NCBI GenBank assembly: GCA_951406725.2
Contig: OX597832.1
Span: forward strand, 6,696,001 to 6,760,000
Reading direction: 5' to 3'
DNA length: 64,000 nt
DNA from: Octopus vulgaris
Lineage: Eukaryota
Below, in pieces: positions 14,024 through 26,443 of the stretch (the first letter of the stretch is position 1; the number at the start of each line of letters is the position of its first letter). The notes under the pieces were generated by a model that ran no database searches, was not told where the DNA came from, and was given only the letters and a program-made list of their open reading frames with translations. Made by a program: the position numbers and the translations under genes.

Positions 14024-14950
14024 GATCACGTGTATCATACCATCTAATTTTTGTATTGTCATATTAATTCCACTTGTTGTATGAATGTGTTCTTTGCTTA
14101 TTTTTGAAAAAGTCTTGAAGTTTGACTTAGCCATCTTGCAGTTTTAATTATTCCCACCTATTCATTTCTTTAAATATAATTAACATGGAAATGTTCATAA
14201 ATGCAAACAGTGATGAGCATTGTTTATAAAGTATCTTAATCACGATAAAGCAGTTTTCTCACCATAAATGCTCATAATCATCATAATTTCTCCATAATAG
14301 CTCACAATTATTACATTCTCTCCATAGCTGTTCATCATCATATTCCCTACATAACAGCACATCAAGGTGTGTGTCTTGATATCAGTATAATATTTGTGTA
14401 TTTTAAATGTTAGATCAGTATCCATAGGGATGTTTTCTGTAAGTTTGTTTCAATTGGTTTCTTTCTTAACATTAACCATTTTAGTTTCAGAAGAGAAAAA
14501 AAAAACGATTGGTTAATTTTCTAAGTAGAAATAATAATTAGCTGTTCTGATATTATTATTTATATCTTTTCTCCAATGCAGAACAATTTTAAGTCAATTT
14601 TAATTTGGAGCTGACCTTACAGTGAAACAGAAGAAAAAATAATTAATATTTTATAAACAAATATTTTCACTTAATATTGAATATTCCTACTGCAATATTT
14701 ACAATGTAGAATTTGTATAGAGAGAAAGGATACTTGTTTATCTTTTTATTAATTTCTCATTGTTTTGTTAAGCATTCTCAAACACATCTGCTGATAAAAG
14801 ACCCTATAGCATGTAAACAGCTAATGGAAGAAACTGACACTTATCTGTACGGTTGTCTTGTTTTTAATGTGGAGCATATTGTCATAAGATTTGATCCTCA
14901 TTATCAAGTTGGTAGAGATTATATTTTGGGAAAGTTAGTGATTACATTAA

Positions 14951-15159
14951 CCCTTTAGTGTTCGCATTACTCTGCCAAAATTAATGCTTCTTCATCCACA
15001 TTGTTTTGAACTAATCATGTATTATCTTGTAGCTATGAGATTTTGATGAGGTAGCTATTAATTTTTAAAACAATATTGTAGGGTTGGTGTGAGAGACCAG
15101 ACCTGGCCTGTTTGAACATAAAACAGGCAGAATACTTTTGGCCAGATATGGCTAAAGTG
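14951..15159 (-). mobile_element. TTAA-flanked (piggyBac-like) MITE
   Basis: ttaa|CCCTTTAG...CTAAAGTG|ttaa; reverse copy of 22309-22530. Confidence 0.85.
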
Positions 15160-17064
15160 TTAATGAAGTCAACTATATAGATGCTTCCTGGATTACTCAT
15201 AAGTCATTTGGAAATTATTACAAATGGTTAAAACAGTAGAGGGCCAGACTATATACTTTATATTAAAATTTATTCAGAACTTTACTACCCTTAGTTTAAA
15301 TCCCACTAAGATTGACATTGCCTTTCAGGCTGCTAGAGTTTGATTAAATCATCATTATCAGTATTTTACATTCACTTTTCCATGCTGAGTGGGGTAATTT
15401 TTCTGAGGCGGATTTTTACAGCTAAATGTTTTTTCTTTTCATTCAACTCTAATGACGTGCAGTGAACCCTTTCTAAAACTGGGATGTAAACAGTAACTAG
15501 GGTTTGATTCAATGTGTGATAATATATTGCTGTCATCTATTCCTCTCCTTCACAAAATTTGTCCTTGTGTCCTAGTCTTAAAACATGTATTAACTGCTGC
15601 AATATTAAACATTTGCATTTCACTTTTCCTCCTTTTTTTTTTGCATATATTTTTTCTTTGTTTACCTGATCACAGCATTTTTGCTTTTATTATCATCGTC
15701 ATCATCATTTTATGTCTACTATTCTACTTTGGCTTAAATTGGACAGGTTTCACAACATCTTTCCACTTGTCACACAGTCTTTCATCATGTGTAATACATA
15801 TATATATATATGTGTGTGTGTATATATACAAGTGTGTGTATGTACAGTAAAAAAAAAACTATTTGTGTGTGAGACAGAGAGAAAGAGAATGACTGAAGTA
15901 GGAAATGAATGCATGAGAGTGATTTCTTGTTATTTGCCTGTTTCTTATTTGGGACTTAATTTGAAAACCCTACACACATCCATACTCAATAAGCATACAC
16001 CTGCATCAGATATAGAGAGATAACAGGAATGCAAGTTGAAAGCCCTATTCATATGCTTATATACATTACATTATGATTTTGTATATCTATTTATATATTT
16101 ATGTGAAATCTTTGAGAGTTACATTGCTTATTTACTGCTGATTTAAACATTTTTTTTTTCTATTAGATAGTGCTTTGGTTTTGAAATCCATTCAACAAAC
16201 TTTTATTTTTCCAGTTCAAAGAAACTGTTCCACAATTTCACATAAAATAATAGTAATTCTTGTATTCAAGATAAACTGATCTTGCTTTGGGTTGTGACAT
16301 TTTGTAACACTTTGCATACAAATCTTTTTGATACTACGACTATATTTGCTAACAGCTACATTTACCTGTCTTGTAATCTCTTCAATCCATTGTTAGTTGA
16401 ACAAATTACAGTTCTACAACTGAAGAAAACCGAATATAACTGATAATTCAACATATAAACCTTAGCTATCTTGCTTATGTTTAGCACAGCTTTCTGTCAT
16501 CATTCTCTTATCAAATTAGTTAATTTCTACTTTCATCCTCTTTCAGAGTCATAAATAAATATTGCTCTTTACAAAAACAGTCATTCCTTGGAAGTTTTAA
16601 ACTGATCTATCAAGGTAGCTTAAAATTAGTTGTTTCTCTTACAATGTTACAATCAATAAACTGGTTCTCTGTCTTACAACAAAATAGAGATATCTTGCTC
16701 ACTTTAGCTATCTGAAGAAATTTTCTAAGATACCACTAACTGAAGGGATCCTCTATGCAATATCTAGTAAATGGTTTGGTTTAATAATTGTAGCGGTCTC
16801 ATGCACTGCAACTATGTAAAGGTATCCTGCAAACAGTTAACTGAAGGGAATTTAAATTCCCTTTAGAACACCCTTTAGGAGAGCCAGTTCAACTCATTAT
16901 TAGAAGAGAGGGTCTACTTTGTTCAAACTTAATATTACAAGTTTTATAATTTTTAAAAATGTGCTAAGCACCATAAATTAATGTGAGAATCATTAACTCT
17001 AGTTCAATAATTGATAAATCATCTTCTACTCACCATGAATGTCACAGGATCTTATAAATCTAAA

Positions 17065-17275
17065 GTTGTTGTTTAGCCTCAGGCCAACAATAATTTAGCA
17101 GACCTATGACCAAAGACATTCCTGTCATGACCATCACATCTTTTTTTTTTCTATGTGCAGGGAACACAGGACCACATTACGTAATGTGTCCATTTTTTTT
17201 TTAACATGATAGTGTGAGATTTCGCTGCTATTTCTAGCAGATCAAGTGACCTATAAAGTCTCCTTCATTGGCTCG
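17065..17275 (+). repeat. Unclassified ~210-bp interspersed repeat (copies ~3365-3510 -, 42250-42432 +, 53270-53450 -, 54370-54910 - split by a SINE)
   Basis: Shared segments gacctatgaccaaag, gaccatc and gctatttctagcag. Confidence 0.6.
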
Positions 17276-17914
17276 ATAAATCTGATGTATTTCATTATGA
17301 TGAAAAATTATTGCCTTCAATTATGTTGAAGCCCTGGTACTAAACATTGCTTCATTAACAATTGCTACTGAGTTAGCTTCTGATGTTTACAATAAATAAC
17401 GTTAATGTAAATGCCTGAAATAATCCAGTCTTCGTTTGTGCATTTCCAAAAGTTATGGATTTACCTTTGCTCATTTGTCAACACAAAATATTTATGTTTT
17501 TAATACTTATTCTCCATAATTTTACTTGTTGATGTGTTATACATTTCTTATGGGTTAACAAATATATACGGAAATAATAAAGATGATCCAGAAGATTTGG
17601 AGTAAAAGACAAAACTTATTAGGCCATTTAGTTCGCATTTCTTTAAGTAGTAAAGGATGTGTGTGTCTCAGTATAAGTATATGTGTGTGTTTGTGTATTT
17701 ACTATGTTGATAGACATATATCTGTGAGGATGTCCTATTTTTATGATTTATGTCTATTTGTGTATTGAACAAAATGTATGAATAACAAGATGATTATTAT
17801 CAAGACAAATATCCCCATAAAGATTCAAAAAAGCCAACTGAGAAAGATATAATTCAGAAGTTATTAATCAGAATTATTTCATAATGGCTACTGACAATAA
17901 CATCTTTTATTTTT

Positions 17915-18110
17915 TGGCCATGCTGGAGCACTGCCTTGAAGGGTTTAGTCGAACAAATCGACCCCAGTACTTATTTTTTTAAAGTCTGGTCCTTAATCTG
18001 TCAATCTCTTTTGCTGAACGCTAAGTTATGTAGATGTAAACAAACCAACAGTAGTCAAGTGGTGGTGGGGGACAAACACTGAGACACACACACACACACA
18101 CACACACACA
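17915..18110 (-). mobile_element. SINE family B, 3' half
   Basis: Matches the 3' half of 24372-24766. Confidence 0.75.
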
Positions 18111-18180
18111 TAGTTTATAGATCTAATATAGGTAGGATCACCAAAAAGAAGTACTCCAACCTATGAGAGATAAATATTTT

Positions 18181-19014
18181 AATACACATGCCGAAAGAGC
18201 TACTAATAGTTTTATGCTTTTATGATACTTTAAATAAGTATATTTATAAAATACGCCATGTATCTCCAAGCGATTTTTCAGGTTCTGTTTATGTGTTAGA
18301 TAAATTTTAAAAACTAAGATGATGGACAAGTGAGAAAATAAGAAAAATGCAAAGAAGGTTAATGCAAAAATGGAAGGAGAAGAAAGAAATGTTATGCAAA
18401 CATCTATCTTCTTTTCAGCATATCAACAACATTAAAGCAACTGAGTTGGCTTGGTATATATGGCATCTGAAGACCAACTCTACTCCACATATAATCGAGT
18501 GGAGAATCATGGAGAAATCCAAGCCATATGTTAATGGATCTAAGAAATGCAGAAAGATCTCATACGCTTCTTAGATCCAAGAATTTTACCATGCTACTTA
18601 ATACCAGTTCTGAAATATTTAGCAAGTGCAAGCACAAGGACAGGTTTCTTTTGTCAAACTAGAGGATACCATCAGCTCCAGATTGAGTTGCAGTCTTGCA
18701 GGCTTTGACATATTTTCCTGTTATACCAGCTGCATTAATTGTGTTTCCAGTAATCAGGGAGGACAGGGATCTTGGTTTTTTTGCTTTTGTTTCTTCTTGT
18801 CCATTTTTGTTTTGCGTCAACCTTCCTCATGTTTTTCTTCTCGTTTTTTTTTCTTATTCTCTTACTGTCCATCATCCTAGTTTTTAAAATATATCTAATA
18901 CATGAACAGAGCCAGAAAGATTGCTTGGAGATACATGACATATTTTTATAAATATACTTATTTAAAGTATCATAAAAGCAAGAAAGTATTAATGGCTCTT
19001 TTGTCATGTGTATT
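18181..19014 (+). mobile_element. Penelope-like retroelement relic: GIY-YIG C-terminus between ~165-bp inverted repeats
   Basis: HLSSFQHINNIKATELAWYIWHLK..IEWRIMEKSKPYVNGSKKC and LLNTSSEIFSKCKHKDRFLL* (18395-18663). 18181-18347 is the reverse complement of 18848-19014. Confidence 0.8.
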
Positions 19015-19231
19015 GATTATATAGGTAGATAGGTAGGTAGGTAGATAAATAGATAGATAGATAGATGACAGGCTTCCGCACAGTTTCAGTCTACCAAATT
19101 CGATCAAATGGCATTGGTTGATACTTGCCCAAGTGGAAATAAACCTGGAATCACATTGTTACAAATGAGCTTCTCAACCACACAACCATGCTGTTTAAAA
19201 TTATTTAATGACATTCATTAGATGATATAAG

Positions 19232-19430
19232 GGAAGGCCTGTGGCTAAGTAGTTCAGGGGCTGGGTTCGTGATCATTAGATTTGGGCTCAATTTTCAGAC
19301 CAGGTAGTGCATTGTCTTTGAGTAAGGCAATTCATTTCATGTTGCTCTTGTCTACTCAGTTGAAAATAGTGACAGTGGCTGCTGGGATTGATCCTGCAAT
19401 GGACTGGTATCCTGTTCAGTGGGAAGTCTT
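19232..19430 (+). mobile_element. Degraded tRNA-headed SINE related to family C
   Basis: A-box-like gtggctaagtag, then gtctttgagtaaggcaattcatttcatgttgctc. Confidence 0.55.
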
Positions 19431-19821
19431 TTACTCGGCTTCCAAAGAGTTGACTCAAGACAAACATATTTTAGTAGATAATGTACTTGCAATGGTGACA
19501 TATTTACAACAGTGACATCATCCTTACAACGGCAGCTGACTCAGTCATGTATTAGATTAATATTTATGAACTCTGAGGAAAAAATAACAAATAACAAAAA
19601 AAAAGGTATAATATTTTAATGAGAGTTGGGTTATATTTCATCTTTGTTAAAGTTTCTTTAAATTTCTGTCCTGAAGAAGAAATGGCATGTTAGGGAACCA
19701 AAATGAAAAATAACACTGACTTATCACAGTGGTAAGGGAAGGGGAATTGCTATAGGAATCATCCTAAATGTCTAACTTATCTATTTTATTCACTATACAG
19801 TCTGAGCTCTAATCCTGATGA

Positions 19822-20135
19822 AACTGGTTCCCCAACTGGGTTCCATATAAGATTTTGGGGTCCACACAAACAAAATAATAAATTGAGGACCCACAGTAGT
19901 ATATTAAGGATCCAAGAGAAAAATTTTACTTCAGATGTATTTATTGCAAGAAGCAGCTAGGTTTCTTTCTCTAATGTTTTACATCGCTCAACCTACACAA
20001 GTTAATATGTGAAAAGCAAAATAGGAATTTTAAAAAAGTATCTATAAAACTAATTTTCAGACATTGAATGGCTTTGGGGGTCCACCAGAGTGAAATAGTA
20101 ATCAATCGAGTCCTAGAAATGGTTAAGAATCCCTT
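19822..20135 (+). mobile_element. hAT-type non-autonomous element (related copy ~20700-20943)
   Basis: Ends resemble the hAT TIR (ggttccccaac ... ggttaagaatccc; ggttgagaaccactg at 20929-20943). Repeated ggggtcc subterminal motifs. Confidence 0.55.
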
Positions 20136-20227
20136 TTAAAAGAAACCATTTAAATTCCAGAAGGCAGTTTATCACGCATTCTACTTCCTCCCAAATTCTA
20201 CACATTCTGTAGAAGTCAGCCCAGTAA

Positions 20228-20465
20228 GGTGGCGAGCTGGCGGAAATGTTAGCACTCTGGGCAAAATGCTTATCAATATTTCGTCTGTCTTTACGTTCTG
20301 AGTTCCAATTCCACCGAAGTCGACTTTGCCTTTCATCCTTTCGGGGCCGATAAATCAAGTATCGGTTATGCACTGGGGCCAATGTAATCGACTTAATCCC
20401 TTTGTCTGTCCTTGTTTGTCCCCTCTATGTTTAACCCCTTGTGGGCAATAAAGAAATAAGAAATT
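20228..20465 (+). mobile_element. tRNA-derived SINE family A (Deu/Nin-like central segment)
   Basis: gagctggcgg...gagttccaattcc head and gcctttcatcctttcggggccgataaa core. TSD agcccagt(a/t)a at 20218-20227 and 20466-20475. Confidence 0.88.
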
Positions 20466-21550
20466 AGCCCAGTTATACATTTACGATGATTCCAATAGTG
20501 ATTCTTCTTCCCAAACCATTGTGATAAGTCAGTGCAGGTTTATTGATCTTCTGAAAGTATTAAAAAGGGAAGTCAAATACTTATGGAACTTGAACTCTGA
20601 AAATAAAACTTTGATTATCCTTCTCTTTTCATTTGTTATGTCTTCCAACTTTTTAGTCTCATAAAAAAAAGTCACCCACTTTCAGGAGGATTAATTCATC
20701 AATACCAGGTCCCATATGTTCCTTAAGGGTTCGTATAAGATTTTGTTGTTAAAATTTATCTGCAATAAACTGGTTATACTTCTACGATACACAAAATATT
20801 TCAACAACTTTTTTTATATTCAATTACTAATAATATTATAAAATATTACAGTTTTTTTTTTTTGTTTTTTTTAAACCTGGGGTCCAGTAGAGTTAAATAG
20901 GAGTCAAAGGGGTCCGTAGGCAAAAAATGGTTGAGAACCACTGATCTATACAAATACTACTAACATGTTGGCTATTGTAAATATGCTGCTGTTTCGTGTA
21001 CATCAATTAGCAATCTCATCTAAATATGTTTTAAAATATTTTGTTGCTTGTAGTTGTTCTTGGTAGATATATTTAATAGTTCATGCCATCATCAAGGTGA
21101 TTATTTTGGGAGCTTGCTTGTTACTCTATGGATATATTTATCTTGATGATAACCTAACAAGACTTAAACACTTTTAGCCTATAACAAAAGGAAGAAAACT
21201 GCCATAATGAACTTGAAAAAGTCACCTCTGTAAGTTAGTGACAGCTACCAATAACATTTTTTAATTTCTCATAATCTTTTTCCCTTAAGTAAAAATGAAA
21301 ACTTGTTTATTGATGAGATAAATTACATATTTAAAAAAATATTGTTCTTTCTTTCTTTCAAGCACACATTTCTTCTTCCTAATGTTATTATAGATTTTGT
21401 TTATTATTACTTTGTGTCAAAATCACAGGAGAATTTTCATTCTTCCAACAAAAAATTTCATTTTGTTTGTTGCAATGGAAAAATAAAATTAAATAAATAT
21501 AATTTTCTCTTCTACTGAGGGTGTTAAATCTATCTTTTCTTTTCTTTAAT

Positions 21551-21599
<49 letters not shown>

Positions 21600-22308
21600 T
21601 GTTACCTTAAAATGACTTATTAAAAATGAATCTGGGATGTGTCACATGCCTTGATATTAAGAATACATTTATTTTAAAACTGGACTATTTTTCACTTTTC
21701 TGACTATTTTCTCTTGTCTTTAATTTAACTCTCAAAGTCCTGTTGTTCTTCAAAATAAATTTACTTCTTTAAACTAATTCCTTTTTTTCTTTTCTTTTAT
21801 TTTTCACTTGTCTCAATTCATTAAGTATTGGCTATAATTATTTGCCCCCCCCCCCCCCCCGCCTCTTTGCTTGTGTTCCAATGCCTCTTCTGCTTGCATT
21901 TTTTTCATTTCCTCACTGCTGTCAGTCTGATCTCACTAACTTTATTTGTTAGAGAAAACTTTATTTCATCAGAACTACATTTGGAGTCCACAACCACTTA
22001 TCTTGTTTTTTTTACATATATAGTCAGAAAAGTCAATTACACATAGTCTAAAAATCTTAGTTCCTTCTTCATATCCTGCACATGTCCAGGTAATATCTTG
22101 TTTCCCAACATACCCTCTTAAACATCCCTGTGTAATGTTGATATTCTTGTCATCTACCATTTCTGTTAGCTACCACAAAGGTTTTAAAGAAATTATCCTT
22201 TTCATTCATATGATGCTACTAAAGAACTGTAAGTAATGTGTAATCTTCCTTTGAAAAATTTTCTAAATTACAATTCAAAGGACAAGAATAGATGAACTTA
22301 CCTATTAA

Positions 22309-22530
22309 CCCTTTAGCATTTAAACCGGCCATATCAGGCCAAAAGTATTCTGCCTGTTTTATGTTCAAACCGGCCATATCTGGTCTCTCACACCAACCCT
22401 ACAATATCGTTTTAAAAATGAACAGCTTCCTCATCAAAATCTCATAGCTACAAGATTAATGAATGATTAGTTCAAAATAATTTGGATAAAAAAAAATAAA
22501 TTTTGGCAGAATAATGTGAACACTAAAGGG
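22309..22530 (+). mobile_element. TTAA-flanked (piggyBac-like) MITE
   Basis: ttaa|CCCTTTAG...CTAAAGGG|ttaa, 222 bp. Confidence 0.9.
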
Positions 22531-23296
22531 TTAAATATATAAAACCATATCAGCTGTAAATATTTTGAGCTTTGATGCAGTTTCAATGCAATGCTTTCTG
22601 CTGTTTCTGCTCATATTTTTTTAAAATGTGTTTATTTCTTGGTAAAAATTCAGTTTCATTAGAGGTTAAGGGAAAGCATTAAAATTTATTTTTTCCTAGA
22701 TCTTGCTTACAATAAACTTACGAGTATCTTGGGCAGGCTTTTCTCATTTCATGAGTAGGCATGAAACATGTGCTTTTTACAGAAGAAAGTTGTAAAGTCA
22801 TTTCCAAGATATTTAGAAATAAAAGTGAAATGGCAGATTACAGATTTCATTAATGGAATCTTACTTTTACTTTAATTTAAATTAGCTTTTAATTTACAAA
22901 GAAATATGCAATTATTTGCTATTCTTGAGATGTATAGAGATGCACTAATATTCCTTCACGTGTGTTTTGTTTAGCTAAACACCCAAATTGATTTGTTTCT
23001 TCCATCCATCTAGATGAAAGTTCTGTGTAAATGTACCAACAATTAAAATGTTAAGTGAGAAAAAGCATAATGTAAGTAAATATGTCTATTTGAGTAACTA
23101 AATGATAATTATTGCATGGTAATTATAATTGCTTCAGTAGTATTTTGTAACGAGAGAAAAAAGCCAATAATTGCTTTAACTACTTACCCTAAATATGTTG
23201 ATAGTGTTTGTTTAGATTCCTCTATAAAGAACAATTAATTGCTCTCTTGTGATACATAATATGATAATATACTTAGGATAAATCATCTGAAATTTT

Positions 23297-23473
23297 AGGA
23301 GAGGGTGTAGTTAATTACATTGAACCCAGTACTCAACTGTTACTTATGTTATCGACCCTGAAAGGATGAAAGACAAAGTTGACCTCAGTGGAATTTGAGT
23401 TCAAAACATTAAAGATGGATGTAATTTTGTTAGGTGTTTTGTCCAGTATGCTAACAAGTCATGTCAGCCTGCC
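23297..23473 (-). mobile_element. SINE family A
   Basis: Reverse complement of the 20228 family core. Confidence 0.75.
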
Positions 23474-23569
23474 ACCTAAATAGTAATAATAATAATTTCA
23501 ATGACACATAAATGAAACAATCACCTTGTGTGTACTGGGATCTTGTATTGCAGGTAACAGGTGAGGTCA

Positions 23570-23773
23570 CCAGCGCTGGTGTCATGTAAGAAGCACCCAT
23601 TACACTCTGTAAAGTAGTTGGCATTATGAAGGGCATCCAGCTGTAGAAGCCCTGCCAAAGCAGACACTGGAACTCAGCACAGCCCTCTGGCCCTTCAGTC
23701 CATGTTGAATTGTCCAACCTATATCACTATTGGAAAAATGTTGTTAATTGATGATGATGGATGATGGTGATGA
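23570..23773 (+). mobile_element. RTE-tail repeat (family D), degraded
   Basis: gttggcattatgaagggcatccagctgtagaa ... (GAT)n tail. Confidence 0.7.
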
Positions 23774-24003
23774 TATATACTGATCAAAGTATACATTATC
23801 ATAAATCCATTACAGCCAATTTAATCCAATTAGGTAATTACTGGATTACCTAATATCCTATGCAAAACTGATTGGTAATATCTGCAATAATGGATTTATA
23901 ATACTGTATACTTTGATTAATGTGACCAGTCTACCGACAAATACACAAATGCCTATTTTTTCGGACTTATGATATTGGGAAACTATGTGTATGTATGTGT
24001 GTA

Positions 24004-24042
<39 letters not shown>

Positions 24043-24371
24043 CACACACGTGTGTGTTTGTGTAAAACTAGGGTGTTAAAAACACCTGCATTGCTAGAAA
24101 TAAGAGCTAAAATGCTCTCTAATGCTGTAGTTAACACACATGAATGAAAACATATACACTAATAGGGACCATAACTGTTTGAAAAATGCCAACCAAGAAT
24201 TATTAAGATTGAGGTCAATTTCATTTACACCCAAGTCACATTTAGTGACAATTATAATTCTCCTTTTTGGTGTAACATTGCAACCTGCTGTTTAGATTAA
24301 TTTTGTCCATACACATTAGTGAATCACTAAAACATTCATTAATTTAGATGACAAAAACATATATACTAATA

Positions 24372-24766
24372 GGCATAGGAGTGGCTGTGTGGTAAGTAGC
24401 TTACTTACGAACCACATGGTTCCAGGTTCAGTCCCACTGCGTGGAACCTTGGGCAAGTGTCTTCTACTATAGCCTTGGGCCAACCAAAGCCTTGTCAGTG
24501 GATTTGGCAGACAACTGAAAGAAGCCTGTCGTACATATGTATATATATGTATGTGTGTATGTTTGTGTGTCTGTGTTTGTTCCCCCAACATCGCTTGACA
24601 ACCAATGCTGGTGTGTTTACATCCCCGTCACTTAGCGGTTCGGCAAGAGAGACCAATAGAATAAGTACTAGGCTTACAAAGAATAAGTCCTGGGGTCAAT
24701 TTGCTTGACTAAAAGGTGGTGCTCAAGCATGGCCACAGTCAAATGACTGAAACGAGTAAAAGAGTA
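24372..24766 (+). mobile_element. tRNA-derived SINE family B (CORE-like), full length
   Basis: A box gtggctgtgtgg, B-box-like ggttcagtcc, CORE-like ccttgggcaagtgtctt, internal (TA/TG)n, tail gagtaaaagagta. Confidence 0.88.
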
Positions 24767-25036
24767 ATAGATAAACAGGTCTGGAAAAAAACCAATCACC
24801 AAGCTGACTTAACTGGTGGTGGCAACAGAAACTGCCAAAACAGACATCAGAATTCTCAGTTGGCATTTTTCAGACAATTATTGTCCCTGTTAGTGGATAT
24901 GTTTTCTTTTATGTGTGTTAACTACAGCATTAGAGTATTTTAGCTCTTATTTCGAGCAATGTAGATGTTTTTTAACACCCTAGTCACATTTAGTGACAAT
25001 TATAATTCTCCTTTTTGCTGAAACAGTGCAACCTGT

Positions 25037-25233
25037 TACTCTTTTACTCTTTTACTTGTTTCAGTCATTTGACTGCGGCCATGCTGGAGCACCGCCTTTA
25101 GTCGAGCAAATCGACCCCAGGACTTATTCTTTGTAAGCCCAGTACTTATTCTATCGGTCTCTTTTGCCGAACCGCTAAGTGACAGGGACGTAAACACACC
25201 AGCAATGCTAGGGGGACAAACACAGACACACAA

Positions 25234-25278
<45 letters not shown>

Positions 25279-25434
25279 TACGACAGGCTTCTTTCAGTTT
25301 CCGTCTACCAAATTCACTCACAAGGCATTGGTCGGCCTGGGACTATAGCAGAAGACACTTGCCCAAGATGCCACGCAGTGGGACTGAACCCGGAACCATG
25401 TGGTTGGTTAGCAAGCTACTTACCACACAGCCAC
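25037..25434 (-). mobile_element. SINE family B, near full length, inverted relative to 24372-24766
   Basis: High-identity reverse complement. Confidence 0.88.
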
Positions 25435-25449
25435 ATATATTAATTTTAC

Positions 25450-25478
25450 TTGTATGTATGTATGCATGTTTATGTATA

Positions 25479-25524
<46 letters not shown>

Positions 25525-25644
25525 GATGTGTGTGTATATGTTTAAATGTATCTCTGTGTATATATATGTATATATATATATGTCTGTGTGTATATATGTA
25601 TGTGTGTATGTATGCATATATGTTGGTATGTGTGTGTGTATATT

Positions 25645-25676
<32 letters not shown>

Positions 25677-25758
25677 CATATATGTATGTATGTATGTATG
25701 TATGTATATATGTGTATACACACACACACACATACAAGTGAGAGAGAGAGAGAGAGAG
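25450..25758. repeat. Compound (TA)/(TG)/(CA)/(GA) microsatellite
   Basis: Directly visible; source of several spurious ORFs. Confidence 0.95.
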
Positions 25759-26084
25759 AAATATAAAAGAATTAACAATAATATGGATTTTATATGAATT
25801 AGCAGGGACTCTTCTAAGTGAAAAACTAATCAAAGAATCATTACAACAAAAACAAAAGCACCCAATTCATCAAAGACATCCTGGAAAGGAATATGAATTG
25901 CCAACATAAAGAAAAACAGTTACCACCTTGAAATTTCATAATGAATCAATCATCAGCTTGTACTTTTGAAAAACATTGAAGGAAAAAAACTCAAAGACTT
26001 CTTAATTCTTAAGTTAAGGATGGAATCACATGAAAAGAATCAAATACTACAGAAATACACAACAGCAAAAAGGAAATATTTGAC

Positions 26085-26241
26085 AGGAATGGCTGTGTGG
26101 TAAGTAGCTTGCTTACCAAACACATGGTTCTGGATTCATTCCCGCTGCGTGGCACCTTGGACAAGTGTCTTCTACTATAGCCTCGGGTCAACCAAAGCCT
26201 TGTTAGTGGATTTGGTAGATGGAAACTGAAAGAAGCCTGTC

Positions 26242-26243
<2 letters not shown>
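26085..26243 (+). mobile_element. SINE family B, 5' half
   Basis: Head through gaagcctgtcg, then (TA)n. Confidence 0.85.
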
Positions 26244-26281
<38 letters not shown>

Positions 26282-26443
26282 TCATCATCATCATCATTCA
26301 GCGTCCGTTTTCCATGCTAGCATGGGTTGGACGGTTTAACTGGGGTCTGTGAAGCCGGAAGGCTTCATCAGGCCCAGCCAGATTTGGCAGTGTTTCTACG
26401 GCTGGATGCCCTTCCTAACGCCAACCACTCCGCGAGTGTAGTG

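Noticed and set aside
14255-14350. Degenerate short tandem repeat with a minus-strand ORF
   Set aside because: Low-complexity repeat with no recognisable protein or splice context.
16365-16420. Exon-like minus-strand segment with ttttcttcag and cag|gtaaat
   Set aside because: No partner exons found; the surrounding sequence looks like a very old LINE relic.
25359-25833. Cluster of ORFs rich in Y/I/C/V/H/T (also ~13520-13826, 51663-52166)
   Set aside because: Translations of dinucleotide microsatellites.
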